Shown one piece after another: positions 36,819 through 45,843 of a stretch of 64,000 nucleotides of DNA. Origin of the DNA: Acidobacteriota bacterium (lineage in GTDB: Bacteria; Acidobacteriota; Terriglobia; Versatilivoradales; Versatilivoraceae); assembly GCA_022821775.1 (NCBI GenBank), contig JAJECY010000247.1, positions 2,368 through 66,367 on the forward strand, read 5' to 3'. The notes beneath the pieces are model-generated. The model searched no databases, had not been told where the DNA came from, and worked only from the letters and a program-made list of their open reading frames with translations. Position 1 is the first letter of the stretch. The number at the start of each line of letters is the position of its first letter. Position numbers and translations under genes: made by a program.

Positions 36819-39221
36819 TTACCAGTACCAGCGGACCTTGGCGGACAAGGTGCGGGGTTGCACCACGCGGGTCCCTACGAAGACGGATTGGAAGTTGTAG
36901 AGCGCCGTCCGGTCGGTCAGGTTGGCCGCCTGGAAAACCAGGTCCCAGACGCGGCGGTCGCCGCGAATGTGCTTGTAGCCGACGGTGGCATCCAGGATGG
37001 TCCTGGCCTTTACCCGAGGAGGGTCCGAGATCAGGTTCACCAGGGGCAGTTGGTCGAAGTAGTCCGGGTCGCGGGCCACCTCGGCCGGATCGGAAGGATT
37101 GGGCACCAGGCCGCTGTCGTAGCGAACCTGCCAGCTCGTCCACCAGTTCCTGCGCGGACGGTAGGTCAGCAGGCCGTTGACCGCCAGCTTCTGATCGTGG
37201 TCGATCACGAAGGGCCCCTCGCTCAGGAGGTCCAGCGCGGCGCTCCCCAGGAAGAGCCCGCCGGTAAAGGGCGGGGTGACGACCACGTGATAGTGGGTGG
37301 TGCTGACCGACCCGCTGAAACGGTGAATTCCCGGCAGGGTGAGGCGGGTTTCGAATCCGTTGACGTTGGAACGGGCCAGCGAAGTGGGGAAGATGATCCC
37401 GGTATTGAGGAAGTTGTCGTTGTCCTGCAGATCGCGGGAATCCTTGTGGAAAAACACGGCGTTCAGGCTGGCCCGGTCGGCCAGCCTCTGCTGCAGCCCC
37501 ACCTCGTAGACGTTCTGGCGCTGGGGGCCGATCAGGATGACCCCGCCGTTGAGGTTGCGCCTCACGTCCGGCGGGGCCAGACGTCCGGCCGCCTCCGAGT
37601 TGGATAGCAGCAGATTTTCGTTGGGTGGAGTCTGGTAGTTCCGATTGTAGGAAGCCCGCAGCACAGTTCCGGTCTCTCTGAGGTGGTAGGCCACACCCAG
37701 GCGGGGTTGGAGTTGAGATCCGACCGTCAGGAAACGGTAGCGATCGTAGCGCCCGCCCAGGTTGACCTGGAAGCGCCCCAGCTTGATGCGATCCTGCAGA
37801 AAGACCGTCTGCAGTTGGCCGGCCCCCTTGTCGGAAAACCGGAACCAATGGCCGCCTCGGGTGAGGTCGAAGGGAGCCAGGTTGGGGTTGAAGTCCCGCG
37901 ACCCGGGAGGGTTGAAGCGGGGGTCGGTAATTCCGAAAAAGAAGTTCTCGCTTAGGGGAAAATACTGGTAGTCGAAACCGATTTTCCATTGATGCCGGCC
38001 GCGCAGGATGTTGAAGCGGTTGAAGGTGGAGAAAGTCGACAGATGCCGGGCCAGCGAGGCCGTCACCGGGGTGTCTCCCGCGCTGGGGAAGAGTTGGGCC
38101 ACCGTGGTTCGGTAGGAGGTGGTGGAATCGAAGGTGGTCGAGGGAGAGACCAGGCGGACCCAGCCCAGCGAGACCGCCGCGTCGCGCAGGTGGCGCCTCT
38201 GTTGCTGGCCGTTCAGGTGCTGGGACCTCAAGTTGGCCAACTGGAAGGAGGAACGACCGGCCAGCAGGCTCAGCCGAAGATTGTCCTTCGGAGTGGGGTG
38301 GTAGTCCAGCCGCAGGAAGCCGCGCTCGGCGTTGCCGCCGTTGTGGAGATTGTCGAGCGAGGGACTGTCGAGGAAGCGGTTGCTCTTCACGGCCGACACC
38401 GAGCCGAAGTAAGCCAGCCTTTCCCCGGCCCCGCCCAGTTGCAGCATCGCCGAGCCGGTGTCGAACTGGGCGGCGCCGAGCTCGAGCATCCCGAAGAAAT
38501 CGCCTCCTCCGTCAAAGCCCGAATGGGTGGTGATGTTGGCCACTCCCGATACCTTGCTGCCGTAGTCCGGCGGAATATCTCCGGTGTAGAGCTCGAGCGA
38601 TTGCACCATGGATGGATCGATGGAGGTGGCGAAGGAGCCGGTGAATTGATCGCTGATCGGCATCCCGTCGATCACGTAGGTCATCTGGTTGTGGGCTCCC
38701 CGCGGATGAACGGCTCCATTGGCGTTGGCGGCGAAGCCGGGAAAGTTGAGCAGGACCCCTTCCAGTCCGCGGGCCCCGGCCTGGACGGGCATCTCCTCGA
38801 TGGCCTTGCGGTTGAGCTCGGTGCGGGTCCCGGTGGCCTCGGTATCGATCAGGGTGATTCGCTCCACCAGGGAGACATCGATGGCCTCCCGCTGAGTCGC
38901 CAGCGAGAGCCGCACAGGAATGAGGACCGGAACGTTGGAGCGAAGCTGGACGGCCTGGGTGTGGGTGGCGAAGCCGGAACGGCTTACCTGCAGCTCATAG
39001 GTCTGGAAGGGAACGTTGAGAACCTGGAAGGAGCCATCGGACCGGGTGGCGGTCCGGCGCTCGAACCCGGTCAGCAGGTTGGTCAAACGAACACTGGCTC
39101 CGGAGACGGCGGCTCCCAGCGGATCGACCACCGTTCCGCGCAGTTGGGCCGTCGCCTGAGCCCCGGCCTGCCGGGGGACGGTGAGAATCAACAAGATTCC
39201 CAGAAGCAACGAATAGACCAT
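36819..39221 (-). CDS. TonB-dependent receptor-like outer-membrane protein with N-terminal carboxypeptidase-regulatory-like domain
   Basis: Trimmed to ATG 39221 (MVYSLLLGILLILTVPRQAGAQA signal). Then LRGTVVDPLGAAVSGASVRLTN (CarbopepD_reg-like), a plug region (MPVQAGARGLEGVLLNFPG), and a long beta-barrel ending ...KVRWYW (C-terminal aromatic). Confidence 0.78.
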   Translation of the reverse strand: MVYSLLLGILLILTVPRQAGAQATAQLRGTVVDPLGAAVSGASVRLTNLLTGFERRTATRSDGSFQVLNVPFQTYELQVSRSGFATHTQAVQLRSNVPVLIPVRLSLATQREAIDVSLVERITLIDTEATGTRTELNRKAIEEMPVQAGARGLEGVLLNFPGFAANANGAVHPRGAHNQMTYVIDGMPISDQFTGSFATSIDPSMVQSLELYTGDIPPDYGSKVSGVANITTHSGFDGGGDFFGMLELGAAQFDTGSAMLQLGGAGERLAYFGSVSAVKSNRFLDSPSLDNLHNGGNAERGFLRLDYHPTPKDNLRLSLLAGRSSFQLANLRSQHLNGQQQRRHLRDAAVSLGWVRLVSPSTTFDSTTSYRTTVAQLFPSAGDTPVTASLARHLSTFSTFNRFNILRGRHQWKIGFDYQYFPLSENFFFGITDPRFNPPGSRDFNPNLAPFDLTRGGHWFRFSDKGAGQLQTVFLQDRIKLGRFQVNLGGRYDRYRFLTVGSQLQPRLGVAYHLRETGTVLRASYNRNYQTPPNENLLLSNSEAAGRLAPPDVRRNLNGGVILIGPQRQNVYEVGLQQRLADRASLNAVFFHKDSRDLQDNDNFLNTGIIFPTSLARSNVNGFETRLTLPGIHRFSGSVSTTHYHVVVTPPFTGGLFLGSAALDLLSEGPFVIDHDQKLAVNGLLTYRPRRNWWTSWQVRYDSGLVPNPSDPAEVARDPDYFDQLPLVNLISDPPRVKARTILDATVGYKHIRGDRRVWDLVFQAANLTDRTALYNFQSVFVGTRVVQPRTLSAKVRWYW

Positions 39222-39469
39222 CGCCCGGATTTGCGTCAATTCCAGCGGGGGTGGCAGGAAACTCTCCCAGGGAGAGAATCGCAGGGAAGCACCGGTGAAA
39301 CGTCTGCCTGGGACACTCCGCCGCATCCCCCTGTCCTCCTGGAGCCACCGGGCTGAACCTCTTCCTCGGAAGCATGATTGCCCGCCTGTTCATCCAAGCT
39401 TTTGCAAGCCTAAAATACAGTTTAGATAAGGCTAAATATTCTGTCAACGGTAATGTGCGCGGGGGCGGC

Positions 39470-39625
39470 CCGTGCTGCCGATCGTTACTCCTGGGACGCC
39501 GCGTTTCCCCCCACCGGCTCGACTGCGGGCTTTGCACTCTCGCGACGCCGCGTTGGCCCCCCTCCGGCTCGAAGACGGGCTTCGCCCTCTCGCCGACTCC
39601 CCCTCAAGGGGGGAGTGATTCTTGA
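39470..39625. repeat. GC-rich intergenic repeat element, copy A (two ~36-bp sub-repeats + ACTCCCCCTCAAGGGGGGAGT hairpin)
   Basis: CCACCGGCTCGACTGCGGGCTTTGCACTCTCGCGACGCCGCGTTGGCCCCCCTCCGGCTCGAAGACGGGCTTCGCCCTCTCGCCGACTCCCCCTCAAGGGGGGAGTGATT is near-identical to 50440-50580 and is the reverse complement of 45430-45510. Confidence 0.8.
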
Positions 39626-39640
39626 GCCGCGAACCAGCGG

Positions 39641-40852
39641 TTAGTTCGTAAGAGGGGACAGCAGCCAGCCCAGGAAACCGCCCCCGACCACCACCCAGGC
39701 CAGGTTGACTTTCCAGCGGAGGCCGATGAGGGTGGCCGCCACGGCGATGAGCCAGGCCGGCCAGGAAGTGAGTGTTGCCTGCCCCAGCTTCACGGTGACG
39801 GCCGCCATCAGCGCCACGGCGCTGACGTTGACGGCGTCCAGAAAGGCAGCCGTCCAGGCGGATTTCCGAAGGCGGGGGATCCAGGGATTGACCAGGGCGA
39901 CAAAGAGGAAGGAAGGAGCGAAAATGGCGGTGGTCGCCACGGCCGCCCCCCCGGCTCCGGCGATCATGTAGCCGATGAAGGTGGCGGTGGACAGGACGGG
40001 TCCGGGGGTGAACTGACCGATGGCAATGGCGTCCAGCAGCTCCCGCTGAGTCAGCCAGCCATACTCGTGGACCAGGCCGCCCTGCAGAAACGCAACCAGT
40101 ACGTAACCGCTTCCATAGAGGACGGCGCCCACCTTCAGGAAGAAGAGCCCCAGCTTCCACAAGGAGGCCGAAGCTGCTCCCGCCCCGCCGGCACCCGCCG
40201 CGACCGCCAGCAGAACTCCGGTCCTCTTGGCAAGCCATTGGCCCAACCAGGCTCCGGCAACCACCGGAAGAATCTTCCCCCGTCGAGAACGAAACGCCTG
40301 GGGCAGCCGCAACCAGAGCATGCCGACGAGGCCCCCCAGCAGGAGCGCGGCCACCTCGTTGACCTGCAGCAGGGAAGCTGCCAGCACGGCGGCGCCGATG
40401 GCCCCCAGCGACCAGGTCTTGCAGGCCTTGTTCCCCAGCCGCCAGACGGAAACCGCGATGATGGCCACCACGGCCGGCTTGATCCCCAGAAGCCAGGGCG
40501 CGACCTGGGGGAGTTGTCCCAAATGGACGTATATCCAGGCCAGGCCGGCCGTCAAGCCCACGGCGGGCAGAATGAAGCAGATCCCCGCAACCGCCAGGCC
40601 GCTCCAACCGGCTCTGACATAGCCGAGATGGATGGCCATCTCGGTAGAGTTGGGACCGGGGATCAGGTTGGTGGCTCCCAACAGGTCCAGGAAGCGCTCC
40701 CGTGTCAACCAACCGCGCCGCGCCACCACTTCCTCGTCCATCATGGCGATGTGAGCCGCCGGCCCACCGAAGCCCAGAATTCCCAGCTTCAGGAAGACCA
40801 GGGACAGCTCCTTGAGTCGGGTGAGGGCGCTTGGGTTCGAGGTTATGGTCAA
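39641..40852 (-). CDS. chrA: chromate transporter ChrA family protein
   Basis: 403 aa, duplicated ChrA halves (GILGFGGPAAHIAMM... and a second GxxxxGG-rich half), polytopic membrane protein. Confidence 0.85.
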   Translation of the reverse strand: MTITSNPSALTRLKELSLVFLKLGILGFGGPAAHIAMMDEEVVARRGWLTRERFLDLLGATNLIPGPNSTEMAIHLGYVRAGWSGLAVAGICFILPAVGLTAGLAWIYVHLGQLPQVAPWLLGIKPAVVAIIAVSVWRLGNKACKTWSLGAIGAAVLAASLLQVNEVAALLLGGLVGMLWLRLPQAFRSRRGKILPVVAGAWLGQWLAKRTGVLLAVAAGAGGAGAASASLWKLGLFFLKVGAVLYGSGYVLVAFLQGGLVHEYGWLTQRELLDAIAIGQFTPGPVLSTATFIGYMIAGAGGAAVATTAIFAPSFLFVALVNPWIPRLRKSAWTAAFLDAVNVSAVALMAAVTVKLGQATLTSWPAWLIAVAATLIGLRWKVNLAWVVVGGGFLGWLLSPLTN

Positions 40853-40862
40853 GAGGGTGTGT

Positions 40863-41345
40863 TTACATTTGGATGGGGGAGGTTAACCCTTCGGATGGAA
40901 CCCGAAAAAAGAGTTCGAGTTTGTAGTCTTGGTAGCTGACAGCAAAGTCGCCCTTCATAATGATATCCATCCCAATCAGAACCCGAGTGAATCGCGAGGG
41001 TGGCGGGTTTTTCTGTTGACGAATCTCCACATCTACGATCGCTACAGGAAACAGTAGATTGAACAAATATACATTCGCCAGATGAAAGTGTGCAGACCTT
41101 GGCCCGTGCGACGTGCTGATCGTGGCTGGACGTTGCGGGGTCAGGCCAAGGTCGGCAACCAGTTTTTTGACAAAAGCCGTATTGGTAGCGCCAGTGTCCC
41201 AAACTGCAAAGGTGTCTATCTTGGGTGGTGGAGGCCGCATCCCGTTGTGTTGACGCCACGGGAGGCTGACGCTGACTGGGGTCTTGATCACGGCTCCATC
41301 GCGTAAGTCAAGAAACTGCCTAACCACAACAGGGAATTGGGTCAT
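40863..41345 (-). CDS. retropepsin-like (clan AA, DTGA) aspartic protease, low-GC
   Basis: The track ORF 40863..41396 is trimmed to ATG 41345, which overlaps the stop of the upstream 77-aa ORF (ATGA). Catalytic-type motif FAVWDTGATNTAFV plus flap/C-terminal VLIGMDIIMKGDFAVSY. GC is well below the neighbours. Confidence 0.6.
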   Translation of the reverse strand: MTQFPVVVRQFLDLRDGAVIKTPVSVSLPWRQHNGMRPPPPKIDTFAVWDTGATNTAFVKKLVADLGLTPQRPATISTSHGPRSAHFHLANVYLFNLLFPVAIVDVEIRQQKNPPPSRFTRVLIGMDIIMKGDFAVSYQDYKLELFFRVPSEGLTSPIQM

Positions 41346-41575
41346 TCGACGTTGGAGTAGAACATCACGGGACGTTCCTCGTGGAGGAAATAGCATGGGT
41401 GGATCAAGAAGTTGCCGGGCACAAGATTTTTTTCGTCTACAGCGTTCCAGTAGGCATCGCTATCCGAAGGAAAGGTTCCCAAAATACCGTCTGCGCTGAT
41501 CAAGACGTACTCTCCGTGGTGCTGCTTTGCAAGGTCTTCTTGGTGGCTGCGAAAGGTCTTCATAAGCTCGTCCAT
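41342..41575 (-). CDS. hypothetical 77-aa protein translationally coupled to the aspartic protease
   Basis: MDELMKTFRSHQEDLAKQHHGEYVLISADGILGTFPSDSDAYWNAV... No recognisable domain. Low GC. ATGA overlap with the protease start. Confidence 0.45.
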   Translation of the reverse strand: MDELMKTFRSHQEDLAKQHHGEYVLISADGILGTFPSDSDAYWNAVDEKNLVPGNFLIHPCYFLHEERPVMFYSNVE

Positions 41576-41949
41576 GGATCGCCTCCTGGGAATAGAAGGA
41601 AGGGAAGGGACAGGCCAGCCCTTGATCGAGCGCGGGACACACCTCTCCGAGCAGGGAGAAATGTGCTATTTGCGGGAAGGAGATTACCGGCATAGCCGGC
41701 CAGGGCTCGACCTCAAAAGCGCGGGGTTTTCGCGCTTGAGGGAGGCCGCCTCGGTGCGATCTGGGCGGCGGGCGTTCACACTGTTGAACAACCGTGATGC
41801 TGACAGGGTAACGGCTCCCCTGTCAAGCGCCTTAGCGCCTTTTTGCTTTGGGTCCGTCGATCGGACTCGACTATGATGCCATCGAGGCCGGATGGATCCG
41901 GCGGTCCAGGGCATCCAGAAAAGAGACGGGAACCGACGAGGACAAAAGA

Positions 41950-42435
41950 ATGACGCTGGCCAATTGGAAAACTCAAGCTTACAACGGGATTCAAAGCCTG
42001 CTATTCAACAATCCCCATCGAGTAATCGAGTTCAGCGTCGCTCAGAGCGACGGCAGCCGGCGCAACCGGGCGGAAATTCCGGCCCCGGTACGAAGGCTCT
42101 ACGAAACCGAGGCGCCGGAGGAACGGACTTGCCTGCAGACGACCCAGTTCGTCCATCACATGATGATCCCTCCCGGGGGGCGTCACGTGGCTGAACTCCA
42201 CATCCACCCCGATGCCGAAGAGATCCTGGTGGTGACCAGGGGGAGTGGCCAGGCTCGCATTGCCGGCCGCAGCCAACCGGTGGCAAGGGAAGACGTGCTC
42301 TACGTCCCTCCCGGAGCCGAACACGAAATTCGTAACACCGGCGAGGAGTTTTTGGGTATACTGTTCATCAACGTGCCGACGGGAGAAGGTTTGAAGAAGC
42401 TGCTGTCGGCCCAGGAGAAGACCAAGAGCCCTTGA
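41950..42435 (+). CDS. cupin domain protein
   Basis: Internal ATG 41950 (MTLANWK...). The cupin two-His motif region is HHMMIPPGGRHVAELHIHPDAEEILVVTRGSG...VLYVPPGAEHEIRN. Confidence 0.65.
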   Translation: MTLANWKTQAYNGIQSLLFNNPHRVIEFSVAQSDGSRRNRAEIPAPVRRLYETEAPEERTCLQTTQFVHHMMIPPGGRHVAELHIHPDAEEILVVTRGSGQARIAGRSQPVAREDVLYVPPGAEHEIRNTGEEFLGILFINVPTGEGLKKLLSAQEKTKSP

Positions 42436-42749
42436 TCCCCTCGCACCGCCGGCTGAAAATCGGACCGGGGCGGTGCATCGCCGAAGTGATATGGCGATCG
42501 ACCCGGTCTGGCTGCAATTCGGTTTTCCCACCGACGACGAGTATGAGTTTTTAGAGAGATCCTCCCGGACAGGTTCCGCAGCGCTTACCCACCAGGCAGC
42601 CGTTCCTCCCATCAGGAATCATCCTGAGACGATGCAACTTTCCGCACGCGAAAGACATCTGGGTAGGAGGCACGTCGCTGTCTGCGGTTGAAACGGGACA
42701 AGCGACGGTGCCCGCCGGCACGATGTGATCGATTGAAGGAGAGTATCGA

Positions 42750-42947
42750 ATGTTTGTAACCTGCCCCAAATGCAACCGGGGACTTACAGTTAAGGAACTG
42801 GTTACCGATTCCCACCAGTGCAGCCCGGAGAAGCCTTCAAACCAGGCTTCCAACCAGGCCAAGCGGTTGACCAGGCTTCCCCGCAACCCGAAGTACATCA
42901 AGGACAACTTTGATTCCCTGGTTGCGGCCGCCCTGAAGAACTCCTGA
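42750..42947 (+). CDS. possible small zinc-ribbon-like protein (65 aa)
   Basis: MFVTCPKCNRGLTVKELVTDSHQCSPEK... (CPxC ... QC). Lower GC. No homology recognised. Could be non-coding. Confidence 0.25.
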   Translation: MFVTCPKCNRGLTVKELVTDSHQCSPEKPSNQASNQAKRLTRLPRNPKYIKDNFDSLVAAALKNS

Positions 42948-42984
42948 AAGTTCTCCTCCCCCAAACCCCGGCGGCCGTCGGTCG

Positions 42985-44838
42985 TCAATGTTCCGATGCG
43001 GACTCGATGGCCACCGCCGGGGTCTCGCCTTCGGGCTCGCGCACCGAATCCACCAGGTTCTTGACTTCGTCGCTGGGTTCCCGGCAGAAGGGCGTCAGTC
43101 CGAGCGTCACCAGGAAATTGAGCGCCATGCCGATGGCGCCGATGCCCTGAGGGCTGATTCCCCGCTCGAAGACGCCGAAGGTCCAGGGGGACATTCCTCC
43201 GTACACGCTGGCCACAATGTAGAAGCTGGTGAAGGCCAGGCCCACGATCATCCCCGCCACGGCCGGCACCGTTCCCACCCGCTTGTGGAAGATCCCCAGC
43301 ACGATGGCGGGGAAGAAGGAGGCGGCCGCCAGGCCGAAGGCGAAGGCCACCACCTGGCTGACGAAGCCCGGCGGGAAGATGCCGAAGAGTCCGGCCACCA
43401 CCACCGCCACCCCGATGACGCTGCGCCCCACCAACAGCCGCTGCTTCTCGCTGGCGGCGGGGTTGATCACCCGGGCGTAGAGGTCGTGAGCCACGGCCGA
43501 GGAGATGACCAGCAGCAGCCCCGAGGCGGTGGAAAGGGCCGCCGCCAATCCTCCGGCGGCCACCAGCGCCACGATCCAGGCGAAGAGCTCCGCCATCTCG
43601 GGGGTGGCCAGCACGATGATGTCGCGGTCCGGACCGGAGAGCCTGGCCTCCCGAAGCAGGGGACGCCAGTCGCGCCCTTCAGTGCCGCCGGAGGCGACCC
43701 ACTCCTGATGGCTCCCGGTGATCTGAGCCAGGGACATCGACTCACCCTCGACCACAACCTTGCCTGCCTTGTAGCTGAAGATCTCGTTGTCGTCGCCCCC
43801 GGAGTAGCGAAGCCGCCGGTCGCCGTCGTCCAGCCAAAGGATCAATCCGGTCTTCTCCCAACTTCTGAACCAGTCCGGCAATTGCGCGGCCGTCCTTCCC
43901 TGAAGCGAGTCGATCATGTAGTAGCGGGCGAAGGCTCCGGTGGCCGGCGCCGTCAGGTAGAGCAGGGCGATGAAGAACAGGGCCCAGAAGGCCGATGTGC
44001 GGGCCGCCCGAACGGTCTTCACCGTGTAGAAGCGAACGATGACGTGGGGAAGTCCGGCGGTTCCGGCCATCAAGGCCAGGGTCACCAGGAAGACATTGGC
44101 CATGTCCCAGGGCCCGTCGAAGGCTGCCGTGTAGCTGGAGAAGCCGAGGTCGGCATGGATCTTGTCCAGCTTGTCCAGCAGGTAGCCGCCCTCGATCAGC
44201 TCCGAACCCAGTCCTATCTGCGGAAAGGCGTGCCCGGTCAGGCGGATGCTGATGGCGATGGCGGGAATGAGGAAGGCCGTGATCAATACCCAGTACTGGG
44301 CCACCTGGGTCCAGGTGATCCCCTTCATGCCTCCCAGGGTGGCATAAACGAAGACGATGGCCATGCCGATGGCGACGCCCACGTTGATGTCCACTTCCAG
44401 GAAGCGGGAGAAGACCACCCCCACCCCGCGCATCTGTCCGGCCACGTAGGTGAAGCTGACGAAAAGCGCCGAGATCACCGCCACCAGGCGCGCCGTGTTG
44501 GAGGCGTAGCGGTCGCCGATGAAGTCGGGGACGGTGAAGTGGCCGAACTTGCGGAGATAGGGCGCCAGCAGGAGCGCCAGCAGCACGTAGCCGCCGGTCC
44601 AGCCCATCAGGTACATCCCGCCGGCATAGCCCATGAAGCTGATCAGCCCGGCCATGGAAATGAAGGAGGCCGCGCTCATCCAGTCGGCCGCGGTGGCCAT
44701 GCCGTTGGCCGCCGCCGGAACGCCCCGTCCGGCCACGTAGAAACCCTGCGTGTCGCGCACCCGGCTGAGCCAGGCGATGAGCAGGTAGAGGCCGAAGCTC
44801 AACCCCACAAACACGAAGGTCCAGGCGCTGACGGTCAT
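42985..44838 (-). CDS. sodium:solute symporter (SSS) family, large VC_2705-type subunit
   Basis: 617 aa, SSS N-terminal region (GFYVAGRGVPAAANGMATAADWMSAASFISMAGL). Its stop overlaps the start of the upstream DUF4212 gene (44835-44838), the canonical small-subunit/large-subunit arrangement. Confidence 0.88.
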   Translation of the reverse strand: MTVSAWTFVFVGLSFGLYLLIAWLSRVRDTQGFYVAGRGVPAAANGMATAADWMSAASFISMAGLISFMGYAGGMYLMGWTGGYVLLALLLAPYLRKFGHFTVPDFIGDRYASNTARLVAVISALFVSFTYVAGQMRGVGVVFSRFLEVDINVGVAIGMAIVFVYATLGGMKGITWTQVAQYWVLITAFLIPAIAISIRLTGHAFPQIGLGSELIEGGYLLDKLDKIHADLGFSSYTAAFDGPWDMANVFLVTLALMAGTAGLPHVIVRFYTVKTVRAARTSAFWALFFIALLYLTAPATGAFARYYMIDSLQGRTAAQLPDWFRSWEKTGLILWLDDGDRRLRYSGGDDNEIFSYKAGKVVVEGESMSLAQITGSHQEWVASGGTEGRDWRPLLREARLSGPDRDIIVLATPEMAELFAWIVALVAAGGLAAALSTASGLLLVISSAVAHDLYARVINPAASEKQRLLVGRSVIGVAVVVAGLFGIFPPGFVSQVVAFAFGLAAASFFPAIVLGIFHKRVGTVPAVAGMIVGLAFTSFYIVASVYGGMSPWTFGVFERGISPQGIGAIGMALNFLVTLGLTPFCREPSDEVKNLVDSVREPEGETPAVAIESASEH

Positions 44839-45188
44839 GGCTGCTCCTCCCGACCGCTTTGCTTCAGCCTTTGAATCTCGGCGTGGTGCCTGGCATCAAG
44901 CCGGTTGAGCAGCAGCGAATAGATCAGTATCAGGATCACGAAGACGATGATTGACCCCTGCTGGGCAAACCAGAACCCCAGGGGATAGCCCCCCAGGCTG
45001 TAGAGGTTGAGAGCATCGGCGAAGAGGACCCCGCAACCGAGGCCGGCGACCGCCCAGACCGCCAGCAGCACCATCATGATCTTCAGGTTGGAGCGCCAGT
45101 AGCGCTTCCGCGACTCCTGAAGAGCCGGGTTCAGGCGGGCGGGCGGGGCGGGGCCGGGTGCGTCCTCCGACGGCATCTGGTGAGACAT
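44835..45188 (-). CDS. DUF4212 small membrane protein (putative solute:Na+ symporter small subunit)
   Basis: ATG 45188 (MSHQMPSED...). Conserved YWRSNLKIMMVLLAVWAVAGLGCGVLFADALN...GGYPLGFWFAQQGSIIVFVILI. Confidence 0.78.
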   Translation of the reverse strand: MSHQMPSEDAPGPAPPARLNPALQESRKRYWRSNLKIMMVLLAVWAVAGLGCGVLFADALNLYSLGGYPLGFWFAQQGSIIVFVILILIYSLLLNRLDARHHAEIQRLKQSGREEQP

Positions 45189-45419
45189 GTCTTTCCTCTG
45201 GTTGAGCTGAAGACTCGGCGCAAAGGCGCCCATGTTACCAGCATTTGTCGGGTTTCGGAACGCCGCATTGCCCCGGTTCGGCTCTACGGCGGGATTCGCC
45301 CTGGTGGGAGGTTTTGCGTTGGGGGACGCGGCTCTCCCTTAACCCACGACACTGCCGGCGGACAAGATTTTCAAATGATTATCTCCCGGCGTCTGCCCCC
45401 CCAAATGGGCAAGACGTCA

Positions 45420-45700
45420 TTCAAGTACCCAAGTATCACTCCCCCCTTGAGGGGGAGTCGGCGAGAGGGCGAAGCCCGTCTTCGAGCCGGAGGGGGGCCG
45501 ACGCGGCGTCCCGGGAGTGAGGGTCAGCGTTACGTCGGGGGCAGGGCGCACGCCCCGGGGTTCCACCAGAGCCGCAAGGGCGGCAGCAGCAAATGGCCGT
45601 TGGCGTGCGCCTCGAAACAGGTGGGTAAGATCACTCCCCGTGAGGGGAGTCGCAGAAGGGATCCGCCAGGCGAAGGCCGGTGCGGTGGGGGGCAATTACT
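45420..45700. repeat. GC-rich intergenic repeat element, copy B (inverted orientation) plus related second hairpin unit
   Basis: 45430-45510 is the reverse complement of copy A (CACTCCCCCCTTGAGGGGGAGTCGGCGAGAGGGCGAAGCCCGTCTTCGAGCCGGAGGGGGGCC...). 45640-45700 ACTCCCCGTGAGGGGAGTCGCAGAAGG...GGCGAAGG...TGCGGTGGGGGGC parallels 50660-50740. Confidence 0.75.
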
Positions 45701-45843
45701 CCTTGCGTTGGGACGGGGCAGGCGGCAGTATGGGGGCTCTCACATATGGCGGTTGGCTGGAGATTTTCCGGCCGGGAGAACCCGGCAGGCTCGAATGCCG
45801 CCTGAAATCCAGAATTGTGCCAATCAAAGGAGCTGAACCGACC

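Noticed and set aside
33496-37989. Plus-strand ORFs 33496..35427, 35497..36900, 36777..37607, and the 5' 422-codon extension of track ORF 33499..37989
   Set aside because: Shadows of the BNR-repeat gene. The extension overlaps the TonB-dependent receptor gene on the same strand and is Arg/Pro-rich. The internal ATG at 36723 gives a sensible start.
42988-44874. Plus-strand ORF 42988..44874 (628 aa) and minus ORF 55923..57467 (514 aa)
   Set aside because: Exact antisense of the two SSS transporter genes. Translations are His/Gly/Asp/Glu-rich nonsense.
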